Shown here: positions 1-6,493 of the stretch, in pieces
Position numbering within the stretch: the stretch's first letter is position 1
How the letters are laid out: each line of letters starts with the position of its first letter
DNA from: an uncultured Nitrososphaerota archaeon
GTDB lineage: Archaea; Asgardarchaeota; Njordarchaeia; Njordarchaeales; Njordarchaeaceae
Direction of reading: 5' to 3'
Assembly (NCBI GenBank): GCA_964518475.1
Contig: CAZFGR010000027.1
Location: 3,720 to 20,685, forward strand
Length of the DNA stretch: 16,966 bases
Made by a program: the position numbers and the translations under genes
Notes under the pieces: model-generated
What the model was told of the DNA's origin: nothing
Seen by the model: only the letters and a program-made list of their open reading frames with translations
Database searches by the model: none

Positions 1-1314
1 TCCCATAATGTAATATCCGTATCCACTTAAAATATATAATGGCTGATAGAGTAACAGTCTATATGACTCGACGTATCCTGTTATTAAAATTAACAAAGTA
101 ATATAACTTATCCAATAAATGATCAATCTGAGATTATGTTTGCGCAAAATATTTCGTATGCAAACTAATGAAAAAAAAGCTAAGATGAATAGAAAAAATG
201 ACTCTTCAGAGACCAGAATCTTATACCACTCAGGAAATGGCATGAAAAAATGCACGTTTTTGTTTTTAATTAATGAAATGATTATCTTATTAGCAAATGT
301 GCTTGTTGCATTAAAAAAGAAGATTACCAAAAAAAATGCAATAGGTAATAGAGCTATTATCTTTTTCTTGCATGAACTACCCGTTTTTGCCTTTTTAATA
401 AATCTGAAAAAAGTATTGATGTACTCTATTAGAAGCCTATAATCAGACAACAAGTATGCTAGAAGAAATCCTAAAAGTATGAAGAAAGTAACTAAGTGGA
501 TAAGAGGAAGAATAACTAGTCCAATCAAAAATTCGTTAAAATAAGTCCTAGTTACCTCTTTTATGCGTAAATCGTAATGTAATCGTTTCTCCTTACTGAT
601 AAGTGCTAATAGAAATAGGACTATTGATGAACCCATTAATTGCCCTAATAGATCATATGAAAGTCTTATGAAGCTCCATGAAAAAACATAAAAGAGATTA
701 ACTATCCAAGCTACCTTATCCGATCCAAACAATATTTTAAGAGCTTTTAAATTAATCATTATCGATAAGATACTAACAACATATACTAATAGAATGCCTG
801 TTAAAATTATGTTATTTTTAGTTATGATAAAAAGAAAGAGTGCTAAAATAGTTATTAAAAAATGCATGCAATCTCTGAATATTCTTCCTTTGTATAATAT
901 GTCTTCAGCGAAATAGACATAGCCTAATGTATCGAACCCTTGTGGGTAAGGAAAAAATAGAAATCTTATAGATATCAGTTGAGCAACTAGTAGTATTATG
1001 TGTATTTCGTAAATTACACTTATAGACCTCCCTTCCATAGAACGCATCGGAGAATCACTATACTTGATAAAAGATTCTAAAGGAAAACACTTCTTAGAAT
1101 GAGAATGCCCATTATAGCTAGTTCTGATTATAAACATCGCAGAAAAAGCTATGAAGATATAGATGTACCCCTTCAATAACGATATAATATAGATACTCTC
1201 AAAGGATGTGAGTAAATAGAAAAAATTTCCATCAACCCCGAGAACTCGCAAAAAGAAGAAAACCTCAAATATTATTGTGACTACTATTAGTTGCAGGTAC
1301 GCAGATTTAGTCAT
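1..1314 (-). CDS. Multi-pass membrane protein, GT-C-like glycosyltransferase paralog 1 (3' end runs off the window; absent from ORF track)
   Basis: Manual translation of the minus strand is open for 438 codons from ATG 1314 to base 1: MTKSAYLQLIVV...IRFLFFPYPQGFDTLGYVYFAED...IILTGILLVY...SFIRLSYDLLGQ...LIHLVT...ITGYVESYRLLLYQPLYILSGYG. These blocks match 11675..13276 (PQGFDTASYIYYAE, LTGILLPY, FVRLTYDLLAQ, TGYIHSYRFLLY). An SD-like GGGGGTG lies 4 nt upstream. Confidence 0.88.
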   Translation of the reverse strand, partial: MTKSAYLQLIVVTIIFEVFFFLRVLGVDGNFFYLLTSFESIYIISLLKGYIYIFIAFSAMFIIRTSYNGHSHSKKCFPLESFIKYSDSPMRSMEGRSISVIYEIHIILLVAQLISIRFLFFPYPQGFDTLGYVYFAEDILYKGRIFRDCMHFLITILALFLFIITKNNIILTGILLVYVVSILSIMINLKALKILFGSDKVAWIVNLFYVFSWSFIRLSYDLLGQLMGSSIVLFLLALISKEKRLHYDLRIKEVTRTYFNEFLIGLVILPLIHLVTFFILLGFLLAYLLSDYRLLIEYINTFFRFIKKAKTGSSCKKKIIALLPIAFFLVIFFFNATSTFANKIIISLIKNKNVHFFMPFPEWYKILVSEESFFLFILAFFSLVCIRNILRKHNLRLIIYWISYITLLILITGYVESYRLLLYQPLYILSGYGYYIMG

Positions 1315-1318
1315 CTGG

Positions 1319-1325
1319 CACCCCC
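1319..1325 (-). promoter_or_regulatory. Shine-Dalgarno-like site GGGGGTG for the CDS starting at 1314
   Basis: Minus strand reads GGGGGTG-ccag-ATG, close to the archaeal consensus GGAGGTG. Confidence 0.55.
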
Positions 1326-1757
1326 AGTATGAGTCTATCTGCTACATTCTTCTGTTCTTTTTCTACTATTTATCCGTTCGTCATATCTCTTACCTAGTTT
1401 TGTTGGTTTTTAGCTAGTAATATTAGACATATTGAATTAGTGGTTGTAAAGTAGAGTTAAAGCTGAGTTATAGCTATGTAATCTATTTTAGATTAGTTTG
1501 TAATGCCATTTAAGCCTGATTTGTTTAGCTTATTTGTTCTTAGCTAATTTTCAATGCAGATTTGTAAGCTCTCTAGTTCACTTAAGGAATATTCTTTAAA
1601 ATTTTTCTTCCGTGTTTTCTGGTATGGCTAATTTTTATTAGTTAGACCAGTTTTATTTCTTCTGCAAGGATACGGTTATCCAGTTTGCTTATTCAATGTA
1701 GAGAAATTCTCGTTCATTAGGCTTTTTCAATTTCTGAGAAACTAGATAGTCTATTGA

Positions 1758-1765
1758 TTTATAAA
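1758..1765. promoter_or_regulatory. Candidate archaeal TATA box (TTTATAAA) in the divergent intergenic region
   Basis: Self-complementary TTTATAAA about 80 nt upstream of the GT4 start at 1846, flanked by two ATAGTCTAT copies (1746-1754, 1781-1789). The AT-rich background weakens this. Confidence 0.3.
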
Positions 1766-1845
1766 CTAAGAGTAAACCAAATAGTCTATAGACTCGCCTA
1801 AGCATCATTATCGAAATATCAAAAATTAACTCCGAGAGATGAGCA

Positions 1846-2931
1846 ATGCATACGTTGAAAAGAAAATACCTCTATAGCATATTTGTGCCACTGAGCACTG
1901 AAAGTCATCCATATCTAAAGTTACTGTACTCAGAGTTAAAAAAATTAGGATTAACAGTATATTCGCTAGACATGAAGAGAAGGAACATAGTTATTAACTT
2001 CTTGCATCTAATGAAATCCAATATTATTCATTTGCATTGGATCGAGTATTATGTAAGAAAAAAGAATAGGCTTCTATCTTTCTTCGCTTTGATAGCATAT
2101 ATTTTATTACTAGTATCCTTAAAATATCTTCTGCGAAAAAAAATCATAATTACACTACATAATGTGATTCCTCACGAATTACAATACTATGAAATTGACT
2201 ATGTAAATTTTCTATTAAGTTTACAACTGGCGAGCGCTATCATTGTGCATAATAAGTATAGCAAGAAAAAGACAGCAGCCTTGTATTATATTGATCCTCA
2301 GAAAATACACATTGTCCCTCACGGACATTTCATAGGATATTACCCAAACGTCGTAACAAGAGAAGAGGCTCGAAAGCGCCTAAAAATATCGGATAATAAA
2401 ATTGTAATAACTTTCTTTGGAAACATAAGGGAATATAAGGGCATAAATCTTCTCAGTCGTATTATTGGAGATATCACAAATAAACACGATGTGCTTTTCT
2501 TAATTTGCGGGAAAGTACACTCAAAAAAATTATTGAAAAAGTTATTTAAAATCAGGATGCTTTATCGTGATAATGTGAAAATAATCCCCCAATACATCCC
2601 CGATGATTTTATTCAAGTGGTATTAAACGCAACAGATATAGGTATTTTGCCTTTCTCAAAAATTTGGACAAGCGGAACATTACTCCTGTTTTTAAGTTTT
2701 GGCATTCCCGTTATTGTGCCTCATTTAGAGCCCATTGTTGAGTTATTAGGCGATAAAGGTATATACTATAAACCTAATGACGCTGAATCATTAAGCTGTG
2801 CCATAGAATATGCGATTAATAATTTAGATAAACTTAAAAAAATGAGAGAAGAATTGAGGGAAATGATAAAAAAGTATGACTGGAAAATGATAGCAAAAGA
2901 AACCCTTAGAATCTATCTCTCAGCGGATTAA
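1846..2931 (+). CDS. Glycosyltransferase family 4 (GT-B fold)
   Basis: 361 aa with IIHLHW, TLHNVIPHE, IHIVPHG, FFGNIREYKG, SGTLLLFLSFGIPVI and a C-terminal YDWKMIAKET, all typical of GT4. Confidence 0.9.
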   Translation: MHTLKRKYLYSIFVPLSTESHPYLKLLYSELKKLGLTVYSLDMKRRNIVINFLHLMKSNIIHLHWIEYYVRKKNRLLSFFALIAYILLLVSLKYLLRKKIIITLHNVIPHELQYYEIDYVNFLLSLQLASAIIVHNKYSKKKTAALYYIDPQKIHIVPHGHFIGYYPNVVTREEARKRLKISDNKIVITFFGNIREYKGINLLSRIIGDITNKHDVLFLICGKVHSKKLLKKLFKIRMLYRDNVKIIPQYIPDDFIQVVLNATDIGILPFSKIWTSGTLLLFLSFGIPVIVPHLEPIVELLGDKGIYYKPNDAESLSCAIEYAINNLDKLKKMREELREMIKKYDWKMIAKETLRIYLSAD

Positions 2932-2999
2932 GCATAATCCTGAACAAAAGATGAGAAGTAAATAACATACTAACGAGACTTACGGAGGTTTTTACTTTT

Positions 3000-4301
3000 A
3001 TGTCCAAAAACAAAAAGCTAAAAATATTGATAGTGTCTTGGTGGTTTTATCCAGAAATAGGAGCAGGAACAAATAGAGTACTGGATCTAATAAAATATCT
3101 ACCGCAAGAAAAATTTGAACTATATGTACTCTGTCGCAAGAATGAAAAAAGTACATACAAATCAGAGCTATTTCTAAAACATGAAAATTCCAGTTTCCCG
3201 ATAGCAAGGATATACAGAGCTCCAACATTCATGACCTATGCTTGGTTAAATGTTCCTGCGATGTTAATTTTTTTCATCATATCTTTCCTAATAATATTAA
3301 TAAAAAAAATAGACATAGTGTTTATGACAGTCCCTGAAATCGAAAACGTTCTGGCCTCGTTTTTTTCTGCAAAAATTTTAAGAAAACCATGTATAGTAGA
3401 TGTTCGAGACAGGTGGGAAGCTGCAAGGATTGATTTCATTGAAAGTAATTATTTTCCTTTCTCCTCGAGATCTATGAAATCTCTTTTTAAAATATACACG
3501 ATACTCCTGAAGAATGTTTTTAAATTAGTATATCGATCTTGCGTAGCGTTAACAGTTGTCACTTTATCGATAGCTAAGTACTTCAAGCATAATCGTATGG
3601 GGAAAAGAATATACGTTGTCCCTAATGCTGCAGATATTACTATATTTAAGCCCATGGCTGAAAAAGCAAGAAAGCAATTAAGATCCAAACTAGGTATTTC
3701 AGAAGACGCTCTTGTTATAGTCTTTGAAGGTACCTTAGCTCCCGAATATCGTATGGATCTTGTATTAGCGGCTCTACGTGATCTTAAATTCAATAAAGTC
3801 TCAAACTTTGTCTTGCTAATTGTAGGTAAAATACCAGACTGGTCACGAGAGAAGGCAAAGATAGATTATTTGGTTGAAAAATTTTGTCTGAAAGAAAATG
3901 TTAAATTTTTAGGCTCTGTCCCATCCCGAAAAACTGTGGCCAAAATAATAGCGATCTCGGATTTAGGAATAATACCACTCGAAATAAAGGACGTATGGAA
4001 ATACAGAGTACCTTTGAAATTCTATGAATATCTTTCTTGCGGTATCCCTGTGATTGCTTTTTGTAGTAAGGATAGCGAACTATATAGATTGATTACTAAA
4101 TATAATTGCGGAATTGCAATAACAAATCACAAAAATATAGCAGAGAATCTTGCCAACATATTAATGAAAATATCTGCAAAAAAAGATGAAATTAAAGAAA
4201 AAATGGGTAGAAATGGACTTCTACTTGTACGTAAAGTATTTAATCGTGCTATTACTGCAAAAATGTTTGAGAAAATCTTTTTATCTGTAAAAAACTCTTG
4301 A
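3000..4301 (+). CDS. Glycosyltransferase family 4, WbuB-like
   Basis: 433 aa with KILIVSWWFYPEIGAGTNR, IVDVRDRWE, VVPNAAD, PLKFYEYLSCGIPVI and MGRNG...FNR, the pattern of WbuB-like GT4s. Confidence 0.9.
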   Translation: MSKNKKLKILIVSWWFYPEIGAGTNRVLDLIKYLPQEKFELYVLCRKNEKSTYKSELFLKHENSSFPIARIYRAPTFMTYAWLNVPAMLIFFIISFLIILIKKIDIVFMTVPEIENVLASFFSAKILRKPCIVDVRDRWEAARIDFIESNYFPFSSRSMKSLFKIYTILLKNVFKLVYRSCVALTVVTLSIAKYFKHNRMGKRIYVVPNAADITIFKPMAEKARKQLRSKLGISEDALVIVFEGTLAPEYRMDLVLAALRDLKFNKVSNFVLLIVGKIPDWSREKAKIDYLVEKFCLKENVKFLGSVPSRKTVAKIIAISDLGIIPLEIKDVWKYRVPLKFYEYLSCGIPVIAFCSKDSELYRLITKYNCGIAITNHKNIAENLANILMKISAKKDEIKEKMGRNGLLLVRKVFNRAITAKMFEKIFLSVKNS

Positions 4302-4412
4302 GAAGGAACATACAGTACTAGATTTTAAAGAAGTAATCTATAAGGATAGCATTAATATACGCTATTTTTATGACTCTTTAGATATTCTAGCTCCACGCCG
4401 AGGGAAGCAAAA

Positions 4413-5399
4413 ATGCTCTCTGTTTTAGTTTCTGGTGGTGCTGGTTTCATTGGTTCTCATCTTGTTGAGGGTCTTGCTGAGCGTGGTTTTCGGGTTATTG
4501 CCTTAGACAATTTATTCTTAGGCCGACCCCAGAATTTAAGATCCGTTATGGAGCGTTTCCCTGATAGGGTAGTTTTTGTTCGGGGCGATGTATGCGACGC
4601 TGATCTCGTCTTTAGACTTGTCCGTGATTATGAGGTTTCCGCAATTTTTCACCAAGCTGCTACCTCTTCGGCTCCTATGTTTATCCCTGATCCGCGTAAG
4701 GGCGTGGAGGCAAACGTGCTTGGCTTCTTAAACATCCTTGAGGCTGCTCGTCGTTTTGATGTCCCTAAAGTCATCTACGCCTCCACCAGTAGTGTCTATA
4801 ACGTTCACGAGCCTCCTCACCGCGAGGATATGGTTATTAAGCCCCGTACCTTCTACGAGTACTCTCTCTGGGTTCGTGAGCACGCTGCCTGGATTTACTG
4901 GGATTTCTATCGCATCGAGACAGTTGGGCTTCGCTACTTCAGTATTTATGGTCCTAGAGAGGAGCACAAGGGCCGTTACGCAAACGTGATCTCGCAGTTT
5001 ATCTGGAAGATTCTCCGCGGCGAGTCCCCTGTGATCTTCGGCGATGGTTCCCAGACCCGCGACTTTACCTTTGTCAAGGATGTCGTCAAGGCAAATATTC
5101 TCGCCATAGAGAAGAAGGGTATTGGGGGCGAAGTCTTTAACGTTGGTACTGGGAGAGAGACGACGTTTAACGAGGTCGTGAAACTGATTAACCAAGTGCT
5201 CGGCACTAGTGTTCAGCCGAAGTACGTTCCGAACCCGATAAAGAACTATGTTTACCGCACAAGGGCTGATACTTCTAAGGCTGAGAAAGTACTTGGTTTC
5301 AAGGCCGAGACAGATCTCCTCACAGGCATCAAGATCACGGCGGAGTACTACAAGGAGTTGTATGAGCAAAATCCAGACGCAATTCCTAAAATAGACTAG
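4413..5399 (+). CDS. NAD-dependent nucleotide-sugar epimerase/dehydratase (extended SDR, GalE/WbpP-like)
   Basis: 328 aa with VSGGAGFIGSHL, FHQAA, YASTSSVY, LRYFSIYGP, FGDGSQTRDFTFVKDVV and VFNVGTG. The catalytic YxxxK position reads YEYSL. SD-like GAGGGA upstream. Confidence 0.92.
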   Translation: MLSVLVSGGAGFIGSHLVEGLAERGFRVIALDNLFLGRPQNLRSVMERFPDRVVFVRGDVCDADLVFRLVRDYEVSAIFHQAATSSAPMFIPDPRKGVEANVLGFLNILEAARRFDVPKVIYASTSSVYNVHEPPHREDMVIKPRTFYEYSLWVREHAAWIYWDFYRIETVGLRYFSIYGPREEHKGRYANVISQFIWKILRGESPVIFGDGSQTRDFTFVKDVVKANILAIEKKGIGGEVFNVGTGRETTFNEVVKLINQVLGTSVQPKYVPNPIKNYVYRTRADTSKAEKVLGFKAETDLLTGIKITAEYYKELYEQNPDAIPKID

Positions 5400-5870
5400 T
5401 CCTCTTCTAAACAATTACATAAATGGAGCTCGTTAACCCACTTGGTGATCCTTTCTCTATCAACAATATAGGCGGAAAAGGCAACAATATCTACTGGGAT
5501 TGACCTCCTCGTGTCAAGTGCGGAACTCTTAGGATTTCTTGAGAAACTAATCACTCTCTCTACTCTCAGTAAAATGTATCCAGCTCCTAAGGGAATGACT
5601 TAGGCTGGGTCACTGATCCGTTAGGGCACCACGCCAAAAGATGGCGCTCACTTGTATAATTACTTGTTCTACGTCCTTTGCGCCTACTCGCCCTATCCCT
5701 TCTTTTGTGGACTCCATCATCTCGCCTTCTTTGACTGATAAGATCTCCTCACTGGTTCAGCCCTCAAAAACCTCAGGGAGACCTCTGCGTGAACCAATAA
5801 ATTATCGCTTTGCTTTATCTAAATCTCGGCATCCTATCACCTAACCCTACCTTCAAGACTGCGTTTATCC
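5400..5870 (-). pseudogene. Degraded gene, possibly the NAD-binding domain of a UDP-sugar dehydrogenase (WecC/Ugd family)
   Basis: One minus frame reads VIGCRDLDKAKR*FIGSRRGLPEVFEG*TSEEILSVKEGEMMESTKEGIGRVGAKDVEQVIIQV...*PSLSH with in-frame stops. It loosely follows the VIGxDID...KEG..AT...DV.IIxVPTP...PDLSY pattern. The + ORF 5641..5844 looks like its antisense shadow. Confidence 0.3.
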
Positions 5871-5953
5871 CTCAAATATAGTCTGAGGGCTTTCTCGCTA
5901 TATTTTTTGGTTAACAAGGTTTATAGCAATGAGAAATAAGGACTCGTATAATA

Positions 5954-6493
5954 TTACGAATGAATATGTTGCTTGTCTTCCCTTCTAAGTCTTACGAATA
6001 CAGTTCCAGTATCCTCGCTAAAGACTCTTAGGGTCTCAACAAGATTATCGAATAGTCCAAGATTAACCATGTAGCGAAGAACTCTATAGGAACTCCAAAC
6101 CATCGATGCGTCCCAGTAAAGCCTAGCAAACTTGTGAACACAGTAATTATCAGAAAATAGGGGGATATTTTCCACAATAGCTATAGCAAGTAACTTAGCA
6201 AGAACACTATTCAACTGACAAAGTCGCTTATCATCTATGAACGTTCTCCTAACGGTGAAAAGAATCTCGTTATACGACTCATCAAATAAGTCATATATAA
6301 CAAGGACTTTCGATTCTAGCAGAGACCGAAGAAATGATAGTGTTGTCTCCCCCGAGAATAGGTCGTAGAAATCATCTGTTATATAGCCCCTCTCTATAAC
6401 CTCTACGAGTTTAGAACCATGCCTGAATTTGGACCAAGAAACAAGAAACACAGGGTCGATAACGCATGTGATTTTATTCTTCTTCCTCCTCAT
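5954..6493 (-). CDS. PIN-domain protein (VapC-like, DUF3368/COG2405-type), partly degenerate active site
   Basis: 179 aa with N-terminal CVIDPVFLVSW (beta1-Asp), LLAIA...IPLFSDN (late Asp) and VWSSYRVL..M...GL (DUF3368-like tail). Its start overlaps the upstream gene by 20 nt. Confidence 0.7.
   Translation of the reverse strand: MRRKKNKITCVIDPVFLVSWSKFRHGSKLVEVIERGYITDDFYDLFSGETTLSFLRSLLESKVLVIYDLFDESYNEILFTVRRTFIDDKRLCQLNSVLAKLLAIAIVENIPLFSDNYCVHKFARLYWDASMVWSSYRVLRYMVNLGLFDNLVETLRVFSEDTGTVFVRLRREDKQHIHS

Noticed and set aside
119-442. 107-aa + strand ORF
   Set aside because: Antisense shadow of the minus-strand GT-C-like gene <1..1314.
1326-1745. Possible transposase traces on the minus strand (NFSTLNK, LDNRILAEEIKL, KIDYIAI)
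   Set aside because: Fragments are too short and need assumed indels; not distinguishable from chance in AT-rich DNA without a search.
2136-3367. A8/T8 homopolymers in GT genes as phase-variation switches
   Set aside because: Runs of 8 are expected at this AT content and the frames are intact.
2998-5414. Short ORFs 2998..3228, 3047..3232, 3236..3439, 3449..3793, 4728..5414, 4738..4989, 4976..5206
   Set aside because: All lie within or antisense to well-supported GT4 or epimerase genes and have no recognisable motifs.
5641-5844. 67-aa + strand ORF
   Set aside because: Ser/Pro/Thr-rich composition is typical of an antisense shadow; the opposite frame looks like the former coding one.
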